Origin: an uncultured Gammaproteobacteria bacterium
GTDB lineage: Bacteria; Patescibacteriota; Patescibacteriia; Veblenbacterales; UBA10138
Length of the DNA stretch: 64,000 bases
NCBI GenBank assembly: GCA_964453605.1
Contig: CAYVOI010000001.1
Coordinates: forward strand, 420,095 to 484,094
Direction: 5' to 3'
In this document: piece by piece, positions 17,386-26,472 of the stretch
Layout: each line of letters opens with the position of its first letter
How positions within the stretch are numbered: position 1 is the stretch's first letter
Position numbers and translations under genes: made by a program
Notes under the pieces: model-generated
What the model saw: the letters and a program-made list of their open reading frames with translations, nothing else
What the model was told of the DNA's origin: nothing
The model's database searches: none

Positions 17386-17634
17386 ATGCCAAAACCTAAA
17401 CCTACTCGCAATCAGGCCCGGGCCTTGGGGGAACTTCCCATTACCATGGGTACGGCCACAGTTGGAAGCCGCGGACAAGTGGTTATTCCCGCTGACGTTA
17501 GGGAGCAAGTCGGGCTGCGACCAGGGGATAAGCTGGTTGTGTTTAGCCCTCGGCCGGGCTTGCTCTCGATGGTCCGGGCCAGCGCCTTTCGTAGTTTTTT
17601 AACGCAGATTGGAAAACACTTAACTAGAACTTAG
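17386..17634 (+). CDS. AbrB/MazE/SpoVT-family DNA-binding protein
   Basis: TVGSRGQVVIPADVREQVGLRPGDKLVV. Confidence 0.88.
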   Translation: MPKPKPTRNQARALGELPITMGTATVGSRGQVVIPADVREQVGLRPGDKLVVFSPRPGLLSMVRASAFRSFLTQIGKHLTRT

Positions 17635-17654
17635 CTCTAAGCCTGCAAATCAGT

Positions 17655-19232
17655 ATGAACTTCCGTCAACTGTTCACCCGCAAGCGAATTATCTGGACCG
17701 CTATCATTATTGTGGTGGTAGGCTACATTGCCTACCGTGCCTCAGCTGGTAAGGGGGGCCCGAGCCAGTTTCAAACTGATACCGTAAAGCGTCAGACGTT
17801 AGAGCAAACGGTGCTGACCACGGGTCAGGTGGTTTCGAGTGTAGACTTGGAATTGAGTTTTAAGTCCGGCGGTATTGTAAGTCGTGTAAGTGTGAAAGAG
17901 GGCGACAAAGTCCGTGCCGGTACGGTGCTGGCTTCCCTAGACCAGCGTGACCAGTTAGCTACTTTGACTCAGGCCCAGGGCGCGTTGGCCTCTGCCCAAG
18001 CTAACTACAGCAAGGTCTTAGCGGGTGCGACCAGCCAAGATGTTGAGGTAAGCAAGGCGGCTGTGGTGTCAGCTCAAGCTACGCTCGACAACGCTCACAC
18101 CAGCTATACCAACACCGTAGCACTCCAGCAGACTACGGTGGCCAATGCCTACAGTGCGCTGCTGAATTCTGCTCCGGAAGCGGTGCCAGATAAAGACAAC
18201 CATTCCACGGTTACGCTAACTATTAGTGGTGCTTATGCGGCCACTGAGAGCGGTAGGTACACCATAAGCATTGCTAACCCTAACACCTTAAACTACAATG
18301 TGTCGGGGTTGGAGGTAGTGGCTGGTCAAGAGGGCAGTCGGACTACGCCGTCACCCTTAGGTACACGCGGTCTCAAGCTCCAGTTTAGCGCTACGGGAAC
18401 AGTTGCCGATCGCGACTCTTGGACTGTAGACCTGCCGAACACCCAGGCTTCCACCTACCTCGCCAACTATAATGCTTACCAAGCGGCGTTGCAGACCCAA
18501 ACTCAGTCCGTGGCCAGTGCACAGGGCGCTGTAGCCTCGGCCCAAGCCGCCCTGGCCCAAGCCCAAGCCGCCCTGGCCCTGAAGCAAGCCGAAGCCCGGC
18601 CAGCCGATGTGGATGCAGCTCGTGCCCAAGTGCTGACTGGCCAGGGCCAGGTACAAGCGGCCGAAGCCGCTCTTGAGCACACGCTTGTTCGTGCTCCAGC
18701 TGATGGCACGGTTACCCAAGTTAATATCAAAGTTGGGGAGCAGGCGACCGCGGGAACACCAGTGGTAGTGTTGCAAGACGTGGCTAATTTGCACCTCGAG
18801 GCGAACGTGAGCGAAGCAGACATTGCTTCAGTCAGCCCCAACCAGAGTGTAGACGTAACCTTTGACGCGCTCGGCGTAGCCCGGCACTTTACCGCTCAGG
18901 TTGAGACGGTGAACCCAGCCTCAACTGTTATTTCGGGTGTGGTGAACTATAAGGTTAAGGCACTCCTCACCAACGTTAGTAGCGAGATTAAACCTGGCAT
19001 GACTGCCAACATGACTATTCAGGTTGCCCATAAAGATAACGTGCTAGCAGTACCTCAGCAAGCCGTGGTCACGGAGGACCATAGCCAGTACGTTAGGGTA
19101 GTGGACGATTTGAAAAAGAAAACCTACCACCAGGTTAAGGTTGAAACTGGCATAACCGCTGATGGCGGGTTAGTGGAAATTACGGGGGGTTTAAGCGAAG
19201 GCCAAACCGTGGTTACCTACCTTAAGCCGTAG
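17655..19232 (+). CDS. MacA/HlyD-like membrane fusion (adaptor) protein
   Basis: VKEGDKVRAGTVLASLD, Ala/Gln-rich coiled coil, VRAPADGTV, IKPGMTAN, GLSEGQTVV. Confidence 0.88.
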   Translation: MNFRQLFTRKRIIWTAIIIVVVGYIAYRASAGKGGPSQFQTDTVKRQTLEQTVLTTGQVVSSVDLELSFKSGGIVSRVSVKEGDKVRAGTVLASLDQRDQLATLTQAQGALASAQANYSKVLAGATSQDVEVSKAAVVSAQATLDNAHTSYTNTVALQQTTVANAYSALLNSAPEAVPDKDNHSTVTLTISGAYAATESGRYTISIANPNTLNYNVSGLEVVAGQEGSRTTPSPLGTRGLKLQFSATGTVADRDSWTVDLPNTQASTYLANYNAYQAALQTQTQSVASAQGAVASAQAALAQAQAALALKQAEARPADVDAARAQVLTGQGQVQAAEAALEHTLVRAPADGTVTQVNIKVGEQATAGTPVVVLQDVANLHLEANVSEADIASVSPNQSVDVTFDALGVARHFTAQVETVNPASTVISGVVNYKVKALLTNVSSEIKPGMTANMTIQVAHKDNVLAVPQQAVVTEDHSQYVRVVDDLKKKTYHQVKVETGITADGGLVEITGGLSEGQTVVTYLKP

Positions 19233-19254
19233 GGTACGCTCTGGCTCTTTCGCT

Positions 19255-19971
19255 ATGGACCTGATCCGCGTATACAACCTGACCAAAGACTACGTCAACG
19301 ACGACGTGGTGACCTCGGTGCTCCACGGGCTAAGCTTTACTATTGCACCAGGTGAGTTTGTGGCTATCATGGGCCCGTCGGGTAGTGGCAAGAGCACGCT
19401 CATGCACATTTTAAGTTTCCTGGACCGGCCCACGGGGGGTACCTACGAGTTTGAAGGTAAGGACACTAGTGGATTTTCTGATAACTATTTAGCCCAGCTC
19501 AGGAATGAACGGGTGGGGTTTGTGTTCCAGTCGTTTAACCTGTTGGCCAGAACCTCCGTGCTCGATAACGTTAAGCTGCCCCTGCTCTACAGTACTAAGC
19601 GCGACCACGACGCCTTGGCTAAGCAGGCCTTGGCGGCGGTTGACCTGTCCCACCGCCTAGACTACTTCACCAACCAAATTTCTGGTGGTGAAAAACAGCG
19701 CGTAGCCATAGCCCGTGCTTTGGTCTGCAACCCAGCGGTTATTTTTGCGGACGAACCCACCGGGAACCTCGACTCCAAGTCCGGCAACAGCGTGATGCAA
19801 ATTCTGCAGCGCCTGAACGACGACGGCCACACCATTATTTTGGTAACACACGAAACCGACACCGCCAACCACGCTAAGCGCATCATCCGCCTGAAGGACG
19901 GTAACATTATGGCTGACGACGTCGTGCGCCAGCGCACCGTAGCGAGCACAGATAAAGAGCTGGTGAAGTAA
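19255..19971 (+). CDS. ABC transporter ATP-binding protein (MacB/LolD family)
   Basis: [34 protein letters not shown]. Confidence 0.93.
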   Translation: MDLIRVYNLTKDYVNDDVVTSVLHGLSFTIAPGEFVAIMGPSGSGKSTLMHILSFLDRPTGGTYEFEGKDTSGFSDNYLAQLRNERVGFVFQSFNLLARTSVLDNVKLPLLYSTKRDHDALAKQALAAVDLSHRLDYFTNQISGGEKQRVAIARALVCNPAVIFADEPTGNLDSKSGNSVMQILQRLNDDGHTIILVTHETDTANHAKRIIRLKDGNIMADDVVRQRTVASTDKELVK

Positions 19972-19983
19972 ACTCAAGGCGCC

Positions 19984-21255
19984 ATGAACTACTTTGCTAC
20001 CATTCGACTGGTACTTCGGACCTTGGTGGCGCGAAAAGGTAGGTCGGCGCTGACCATTTTAGGCATAGTGATTGGTGTAGCTGGAGTTATCATCATCATT
20101 GCGCTCGGCGCTGGGGCGCAGGCCTTGGTCTTGGGGCAGATAACCAAACTTGGGTCTAATTTGCTTTCCGTACAGGCCGGCAAGAGCAACGAGAAGGGCC
20201 CGCCGGTGCAACTCTTTGGTATTGTGGTAACGAGTTTAGTGAACCAAGACGCCGAGGCTCTCAGGAGCCCCACGGCTGTACCCCACGCCGTAGCGGTGAA
20301 CGCCAACGTCCGCGGTACGGCGAGCGTAACCTGGGGCAATAAAACCATTGATACCAATTTCCTAGCCACTGACGCTAGCTACCCGCACGTCGTTTCTTTT
20401 AATATGCATGAGGGGCAGTTCTATGACGAGCAACAAGGCAGCGGGGGCGCGAATGTGGTTGTACTTGGTTCGACGGTGGCTGACGAACTCTTTGGCGGCA
20501 CAGGGGTGAGCCCGTTGGGGCAAATTATAAAAGTAAAAAGTTCCACGCAAACTGCCGTGGGCGGTGTACCCTTACGGGTTGTTGGTGTGGTGGAGCCGCG
20601 GGGCACTGCTTTTTTCCAAGACCTAGATGATTTACTGTTCCTGCCCCTGCCCATTGGCCAGACTGAGCTCCTCGGGGTGCACTACCTACAAGCTATTAAC
20701 ATCAAAGTCGATGCCGGTGACAACGTGGCGCAGACTATTCAAGACGTTACCACCGTGTTGCGTACCCGGCACCACCTGGAGCAGGGCAGTGAGGACGACT
20801 TTACGGTTCGTAACATTGCCGACGCCGTTAGCGTGCTCACTACCATTACCGACGCGCTCTCGCTCTTCCTCACCGCCATGGCCGCCATCGCTTTAGTGGT
20901 AGGGGGTATTGGCATTCTCAACATTATGCTAGCGACGGTGGCGGAGCGGACGCGTGAGGTGGGCCTGCGGAAAGCGGTGGGTGCCACCAACCGTGCTATC
21001 CGTAACCAGTTTTTATTTGAGGCTGGCACCTTAACCCTCATCGGCGGGCTGGCTGGCATTGTGAGCGGCGTGGTGGTGGCGTACCTTGTCTCGCTGCTCA
21101 TGCGGTTTTTGGGTTACGACTGGGCGTTTGTTATTTCACTGCAATCAGTTGTCCTTGCCGTAGGCGTATCAATCTTAACTGGTGTGGTGTTTGGGCTGTA
21201 CCCGGCGTTTAAGGCAGCCAAGCTCAACCCCATCGACGCCCTACGCTATGAGTAA
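19984..21255 (+). CDS. MacB/FtsX-family ABC permease
   Basis: RSALTILGIVIGV, GGIGILNIM, ERTREVGLRKAVGA, LNPIDALRYE. Confidence 0.92.
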   Translation: MNYFATIRLVLRTLVARKGRSALTILGIVIGVAGVIIIIALGAGAQALVLGQITKLGSNLLSVQAGKSNEKGPPVQLFGIVVTSLVNQDAEALRSPTAVPHAVAVNANVRGTASVTWGNKTIDTNFLATDASYPHVVSFNMHEGQFYDEQQGSGGANVVVLGSTVADELFGGTGVSPLGQIIKVKSSTQTAVGGVPLRVVGVVEPRGTAFFQDLDDLLFLPLPIGQTELLGVHYLQAINIKVDAGDNVAQTIQDVTTVLRTRHHLEQGSEDDFTVRNIADAVSVLTTITDALSLFLTAMAAIALVVGGIGILNIMLATVAERTREVGLRKAVGATNRAIRNQFLFEAGTLTLIGGLAGIVSGVVVAYLVSLLMRFLGYDWAFVISLQSVVLAVGVSILTGVVFGLYPAFKAAKLNPIDALRYE

Positions 21256-21258
21256 CCT

Positions 21259-22515
21259 ATGGTAGCCGCCCTGAAACAAGCTACTCAGGTGCTCCGCGCT
21301 AACCTAGCGCGTACGGTGCTCACGACCTTAGGGATTGTTATTGGCATTTCTACGGTTATCTTGGTGCTCTCAGCTGGGGAGGGGTTCCGGAGCCTTATTA
21401 ATGCCCAGCTCGCGGCCTGGGGTACGGACACATTGTTCTTAGAAACCCGCGTACCGCCTACCACCAAGAACCGTGCCAACAACAACCAGGCTGGTGCAGA
21501 TTTCAGCCGCATAACGTCGGCAGTTCCTATCACTACGCTGAAACAGCGGGATTTAGATGAAATTGGCAAGCTCCCGAACGTGGTGCAAGACTACGGCATG
21601 GTTACGGGCTCGGCGGTCGCGAGCTACCGCAACGTCGAAAAGTACGTGCTCTACTACGGCGCCTCGGCTGTCAGGTTTCAGGTTGATAAGCACACGCTTA
21701 AGGCCGGCCGCTTCTACACCGAGGCCGAGGACACCGGCGGCGCACAGGTAGCTATTTTAGGCTCTAATCTGGCACACGACCTCTATGGTGATGAAGACCC
21801 GGTGGGTAAGCTCTTGCGCCTGGGCACGTTGAATTTCCAAATCATCGGGGTGTACAACACCCAAGGTTCTCTGGGCGGGCCAGCTGACGATATGCTCTAC
21901 ATGCCCCTCACTACGGCGCAGAAGAAAATGCTCGGCATAGACTACCTACTCGTAGCAGTGGTTGAAGTTAAGGACACCTCACTTAGCGAGGCAACAGCTG
22001 ACGCTATCCGCGTGCTCCTTAGACACAACCACGACATCACGGACCCCGCGCGGGACGACTTCACCGTCACCACGCAAGCCCAAGCGCTCGATACCTTTAA
22101 CACCATTTTCAACGGTGTCACCATTCTGCTCATGGCCATAGCCGCCATCTCGTTAATCGTCGGGGGAGTGGGAATCATGAACATTATGTACGTGGTGGTC
22201 ACCGAGCGCACGGCCGAAATTGGTTTAAAGAAAGCGCTCGGCGCCACTAACCGCGACATCCTGCAGGAGTTTCTCCTGGAGTCGGTCCTGGTAACTCTGA
22301 TAGGTGGCGTAATTGGTATTTCGTTTGGGGCGGCCTTAGGCTGGGTGGTGGCTAAGGTGGCCCAAGCAGCTAGTTTGCCCTGGGTGTTCTCAGTGCCAGC
22401 CTATGCCATTCTGCTAGGGTTTGGCGTGTCGGCCGCCATTGGCCTAAGCTTTGGTGTGTTGCCAGCCCGGAGCGCTGCCCGGCTGGACCCGGTAGAGGCG
22501 ATGCGGTACGAGTAG
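21259..22515 (+). CDS. MacB/FtsX-family ABC permease (paralog)
   Basis: GGVGIMNIM, ERTAEIGLKKALGA, LDPVEAMRYE. Confidence 0.92.
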   Translation: MVAALKQATQVLRANLARTVLTTLGIVIGISTVILVLSAGEGFRSLINAQLAAWGTDTLFLETRVPPTTKNRANNNQAGADFSRITSAVPITTLKQRDLDEIGKLPNVVQDYGMVTGSAVASYRNVEKYVLYYGASAVRFQVDKHTLKAGRFYTEAEDTGGAQVAILGSNLAHDLYGDEDPVGKLLRLGTLNFQIIGVYNTQGSLGGPADDMLYMPLTTAQKKMLGIDYLLVAVVEVKDTSLSEATADAIRVLLRHNHDITDPARDDFTVTTQAQALDTFNTIFNGVTILLMAIAAISLIVGGVGIMNIMYVVVTERTAEIGLKKALGATNRDILQEFLLESVLVTLIGGVIGISFGAALGWVVAKVAQAASLPWVFSVPAYAILLGFGVSAAIGLSFGVLPARSAARLDPVEAMRYE

Positions 22516-22683
22516 GGACTAAGTTAAAGTTGAGAAAATAAAAAAGAGCCGCAGCATGTGCCTTGGCTCTCTACTTTTCTTGAATGGTTTTGGCTGTCTC
22601 ACGACAGGTTTGTACATAGGTGGGTAACCTGCCCACCTAACCAGGGCCCTGACGTTATGTCGGGATTCGTTTTGATTTTTCCC

Positions 22684-23124
22684 CTACTTGCCAGGTGTCC
22701 GAGACTTGCGGACGCCGCCGAACCACCAGTAGCCATCCCAGTCGTCGTCGGTGCTGCCCACGTCCACGAAACGCCCGCCAGCGTTCCGGGCGAAGGTGAT
22801 GTAGCAAAAGTTACCATCATCATCCTTCCATTGAGTACCGTTGGGGTACTCGTCAGCGAACGCTGGGTCGGCTTCGTTTACTGCCGCTTGAGCGTAGGGG
22901 TCGGGAGCCAGTCCCCGTGCTTCGAACACAAGCACCAAGTCGCTGACACTTACCCACGTATCGAGCGTGAAGAACTCGACTGTCGCCTCCTCGCCTTCAC
23001 CCCGGGGGATAATTTTGACCACGGAACTGTGCCTGTGCTCGCCGCGGTTCAGGGCCGTGATCATTTCCTGGGGAGGGCGATTGCGGTTGACCTTCGCTGT
23101 ACGGTGGATGGTTGCCGTTTCCAT
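22684..23124 (-). CDS. Hypothetical protein, candidate DGR variable (target) protein
   Basis: SD AAGGAG; the C-terminus CYITFARNAGGRFVDVGSTDDDWDGYWWFGGVRK is dominated by NNC codons; hairpins follow the stop. Confidence 0.7.
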   Translation of the reverse strand: METATIHRTAKVNRNRPPQEMITALNRGEHRHSSVVKIIPRGEGEEATVEFFTLDTWVSVSDLVLVFEARGLAPDPYAQAAVNEADPAFADEYPNGTQWKDDDGNFCYITFARNAGGRFVDVGSTDDDWDGYWWFGGVRKSRTPGK

Positions 23125-23345
23125 TTTGGCATCTCCTTATTTACTTCACCTCAACTGGTACGGTTGAGGTAGTGACTATATTGCCCTAGTGTGTACCACG
23201 CATGATTCATTCAACCATTATCGCTATAAGGGCTGAAAACATGCGCCACTAGGGCTTATTTGTTAAAAATCAGTCAAAACAACAATAACAAACTATACTA
23301 TCACCGCCTGACGTTTTTGTCAAGCCCTGGGGTACGATATAATAA

Positions 23346-23374
23346 AGAGAGCGTCCAGTTGCGGAACGCTCTCT
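23346..23374 (-). terminator. Intrinsic terminator of the 23404-24270 gene
   Basis: AGAGAGCGT/ACGCTCTCT with a T-rich tail on the minus strand. Confidence 0.65.
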
Positions 23375-23403
23375 AAGGTTCGGTGGTGTTGGGTTGCGCG
23401 GTT

Positions 23404-24270
23404 TTAGAAGTAGAAACTGGCACCTAAGGTCAGGCCCTCACGGCTGATGCCGCTCTGCGGCACCACCACGATGTGGTTTGGTTCAATACCACCCTGGTAG
23501 GCTAGGCTTAGCTGAATGCGGTCGTGGTGGGGCGTGTCGCCAAGGTTGGTGGAGCCAGTGATCCGTACCAGGTAGCGGGCACGTTGCTCAAGTTCAGTGT
23601 CGAGCTGGAGTGCCAGGCGGTAGTTCTCACTGCGCCAGACCGTGGCCAGTGCGTTAGCGTAGAACCGACGCTCGTACGGCGTAAAGGCATCGCTGGCAAA
23701 CATTTCTTTAGGTTCGGCCAACAGAAAGAAGTTCATGCGGATTGGCTGCGTGCCCACGGTCCAGGCGTAGTCAGCTTCCTCTTGCCCAATGTCGACCCTG
23801 ATCAGGTTTACGTCCTCTACTTCGATATAGATTTGCTGCAGGTCGCGCGCCTCGTCAATACTGGCCGCATCAATAGGGTCGATATAGTGCGTCGAGACGT
23901 GGAAGACAGCTGTCTGCGCGTATAAGTGGTAGAAGGGTAAACGGTGCCGGAAGGCGAGGCTGATGTCGAAGCTGCCGGCGTAGAGCTTGGCCCGGCGCTG
24001 CTTCAGGCCGCCCCACAGGAACTGGATGTAGGACTGAAGCGTTACCGACCAGTCGTCGTAGTTCGCTAGGTAGTACTTGTTCTGCAGGTCGAACCTGCCG
24101 ATGAAGCTGTTCCTGACGAAGTCGGTGGTATTGGCTGAGGCACCCAGGCTCTTGTCAAAATCAGCGGCGGCGTAACCACCAGCAAATAAACCGGTGCGGG
24201 GCTGGGCGAAGGCGCGCGGGTGCAGGCCCGCGAGCACCGCCGCGACGAGAAGTACAGCAGTGTGTTTCAT
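23404..24270 (-). CDS. Secreted hypothetical protein with beta-barrel-like features
   Basis: Signal peptide ending AFA; alternating hydrophobic strands; FHVSTHYID; C-terminal GLTLGASFYF. Confidence 0.7.
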   Translation of the reverse strand: MKHTAVLLVAAVLAGLHPRAFAQPRTGLFAGGYAAADFDKSLGASANTTDFVRNSFIGRFDLQNKYYLANYDDWSVTLQSYIQFLWGGLKQRRAKLYAGSFDISLAFRHRLPFYHLYAQTAVFHVSTHYIDPIDAASIDEARDLQQIYIEVEDVNLIRVDIGQEEADYAWTVGTQPIRMNFFLLAEPKEMFASDAFTPYERRFYANALATVWRSENYRLALQLDTELEQRARYLVRITGSTNLGDTPHHDRIQLSLAYQGGIEPNHIVVVPQSGISREGLTLGASFYF

Positions 24271-24404
24271 GGTTACCTCACAGCATGTGTTGGGGTTGTT
24301 GGTTTAGTGAATTGCCTTAGTGTTTGCGTATTTTCAAGGTGCGGGTAATTATGACCATCTTAGTACAGCCCTATCGGCCGTCAAGGCGGTGTGCCTTAAT
24401 GGTC

Positions 24405-24464
24405 TTGACAAGCCTGTTTTAGGGGGTATACTGGGTGTTAGCACTCGGAGCTCGAGAGTGCTAA
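24405..24464 (+). promoter_or_regulatory. Heat-shock operon promoter with a perfect CIRCE operator
   Basis: TTGACA(24405)-16-TATACT(24427); TTAGCACTC-N9-GAGTGCTAA at 24438-24464, directly upstream of hrcA. Confidence 0.97.
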
Positions 24465-24477
24465 TTCAAAAACTTTC

Positions 24478-25170
24478 ATGCAGGAACGCCAGCACAACTT
24501 ACTTGCCCACGTAGTTCGAAGCTACATTCGAGAGGCTGAACCGGTAGGTTCCAAGGCCCTGGAGGGCACTTTAGGCTTAAGCTCGGCCACTATCCGGAAC
24601 GAAATGGCGGAGCTTGAGGCCGAGGGCTACCTGAGCCAGCCTCACACTTCGGCTGGCCGGGTGCCGACGCTTAAGGGGTACCAGTTTTTCCTGGACCACC
24701 TGGTAGAGCGGCAAGAGCCCAAAGCCGCTGAACAGCGGACCCTCAGGGAGCTGATGGGTGAGCCCCAGGTAACCCACGAGCAGTTTTCCAAAAAATTGGC
24801 TCGTACCTTGGCCGAGTGTGCGGGTGAGGCCGCGGTAGTTGGTTTGAGCCGCCATGATTCGTACTACACTGGCCTGTCGAACTTGTTTGAGCAGCCAGAG
24901 TTTCGTGCGCTCGACATGGTGCGCGCCTTAGGCCAGGTGGTGGATCACCTGGACGAGGCTATGCTCAAGCTGTACCGCACCCTGACGACTATGGATGACG
25001 TAGCAGTAAAAATTGGTTCAGCCAACCCGTTTGGTGAAGACTGTGCGCTCGTTTTTACCACCTATGGCAAGGGGAACACCAGTGTTATTGGTATTTTGGG
25101 CCCCTTACGCATGGACTACGACGCCAACTTAGGACGTTTACACTATGTCAGACAACTCTTCCATTCCTAA
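24478..25170 (+). CDS. hrcA: Heat-inducible transcription repressor (short form)
   Basis: EPVGSK, SSATIRNEMAELE, QPHTSAGRVPT, GILGPLRMDY; CIRCE upstream. Confidence 0.95.
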   Translation: MQERQHNLLAHVVRSYIREAEPVGSKALEGTLGLSSATIRNEMAELEAEGYLSQPHTSAGRVPTLKGYQFFLDHLVERQEPKAAEQRTLRELMGEPQVTHEQFSKKLARTLAECAGEAAVVGLSRHDSYYTGLSNLFEQPEFRALDMVRALGQVVDHLDEAMLKLYRTLTTMDDVAVKIGSANPFGEDCALVFTTYGKGNTSVIGILGPLRMDYDANLGRLHYVRQLFHS

Positions 25171-25627
25171 TCCAGAACCCGGCGCCGAGCTCGAACAGCT
25201 GAAGGCCCAGGCCGCCGAGTACCTGCAGGGTTGGCAGCGCGCTAAGGCTGACTACGCCAACCTGAAGCGCGAGAGCGAGGCCAAATTCAGCGAGCTCACC
25301 CAGTATGCCACCAGCGAGCTCCTCACCGAACTTTTGCCACTGGTAGACTACTTCAAACATGCGCTCCGCGCTGTGCCGCCAGAGCAAAAAGGCCTGCCTT
25401 GGGTAGAGGGGATACAGCATATTCAATCAAAGCTTGAGCAGGTGCTTGCTTACCACGGGGTTAAGGAGCTGGAAGTAGTAGGTGAGAAGTTTGACCCCGG
25501 CGTACATGAGGCAGTAGGGGAAGTTCAAAGCACCGAACCCTCGGGCACGGTCGTAGAAGAAGTAAGAACCGGTTTTATGCTCCATGACAAGCTTCTACAG
25601 CCAGCCCGCGTTAAAATTGCTAAATAA
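25145..25627 (+). CDS. grpE: Nucleotide exchange factor GrpE
   Basis: RAKADYANLKR, FDPGVHEAV, GFMLHDKLLQPARVKI. Confidence 0.95.
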   Translation: MSDNSSIPNPEPGAELEQLKAQAAEYLQGWQRAKADYANLKRESEAKFSELTQYATSELLTELLPLVDYFKHALRAVPPEQKGLPWVEGIQHIQSKLEQVLAYHGVKELEVVGEKFDPGVHEAVGEVQSTEPSGTVVEEVRTGFMLHDKLLQPARVKIAK

Positions 25628-25649
25628 ATACTCACTATTAACGCATACT

Positions 25650-25814
25650 ATGGACTACATTTGCCCCGAGTGCGGCTACACTGACGAGGCTAAAGGCCGC
25701 TGCCCCTCTTGCGACGTGCCCCTTATCCATATAGACAAAGTGGGTGAAGGTGCCGAAGGTGATGAGGGTGAGGCGGAGGACACCATGTCACCGCACGATG
25801 AGGACGAGGAGTAA
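25650..25814 (+). CDS. Small zinc-ribbon protein with an acidic tail
   Basis: MDYICPECG...RCPSCDVPL followed by an E/D-rich tail; lies within the operon. Confidence 0.7.
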   Translation: MDYICPECGYTDEAKGRCPSCDVPLIHIDKVGEGAEGDEGEAEDTMSPHDEDEE

Positions 25815-25859
25815 GTTGTACTAACTATTAACCTACAACCTAGGGAAGGAGAACACACT

Positions 25860-26258
25860 ATGCCTATTGTACGCTGGGCACCAATGCTACCTTCGTTTGA
25901 TGACATGTTTGACGGTTCGGGTTTCCCGAGTTTCGCCCCCGCGCTCGACGTGTACCAAACCAAGGACGACGTGGTGGTAGAAGCACCACTGCCAGGGTTA
26001 GACCCTGATAAGGTCACTGTCTCTATTGAGAACGACGTTTTGACGCTCGAAGGTAACTTCGAGCACAAGACCGAGGTGGATGACAAGAACTACTACCGTA
26101 GGGAAGTGCGCGCTGGTGCGTTTCACCGCCAAGTGGCGCTCCCCACTGCAGTTTCTGGTGAGCAGGCCAAGGCGACGTATGAAAAAGGTGTTTTGAAGAT
26201 TGTTATCCCTAAAGAGGAACGAGCAAAACCAAAAACAGTTAAAGTGGAAATTAAGTAG
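25860..26258 (+). CDS. Hsp20/alpha-crystallin small heat-shock protein
   Basis: PALDVYQTKD, LPGLDP, YYRRE..GAFHRQVALP, ATYEKGVLKIVIPK. Confidence 0.93.
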   Translation: MPIVRWAPMLPSFDDMFDGSGFPSFAPALDVYQTKDDVVVEAPLPGLDPDKVTVSIENDVLTLEGNFEHKTEVDDKNYYRREVRAGAFHRQVALPTAVSGEQAKATYEKGVLKIVIPKEERAKPKTVKVEIK

Positions 26259-26269
26259 TTGCTGGGAAA

Positions 26270-26331
26270 GCGAGGAACCGCCGCTAGGCGGGGCCGAAGC
26301 CCCGTACCGTGCCGTAGGCTCTGGTGCGGGG
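26270..26331 (+). repeat. Short two-hairpin element (same family as 46911-46970)
   Basis: GCGAG-[CCGCC-GCTA-GGCGG]-CCGAAG-CCCCGTACCG...TCTGGTGCGGGG. Confidence 0.75.
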
Positions 26332-26375
26332 AGGAGCGCGCTAAACCCAAGACGGTTAAGGTAGAGGTAAAGTAA
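26331..26375 (+). pseudogene. Orphan second copy of the hsp20 3' end (EERAKPKTVKVEVK*)
   Basis: 13/14 aa identical to 26214-26258, with 12 nt differences, 11 of them at third positions. Confidence 0.9.
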
Positions 26376-26472
26376 CCCCTCAGGTCCGATGTTTCTCGGA
26401 CGCTCGGGTGAGGCCGCAAGACTTTACGACCTCACGCGAGACAATTAATTCGACTAACATTTACTAGATACT

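Noticed and set aside
22558-23172. 204-aa + strand ORF
   Set aside because: Antisense to 22684-23124, which has a promoter, an SD and a protein-like sequence.
26259-26330. Self-splicing intron or intein explanation for the hsp20 and lepA spacers
   Set aside because: The spacers (55-72 nt) are far too short for group I/II cores, and both genes are already complete without splicing.
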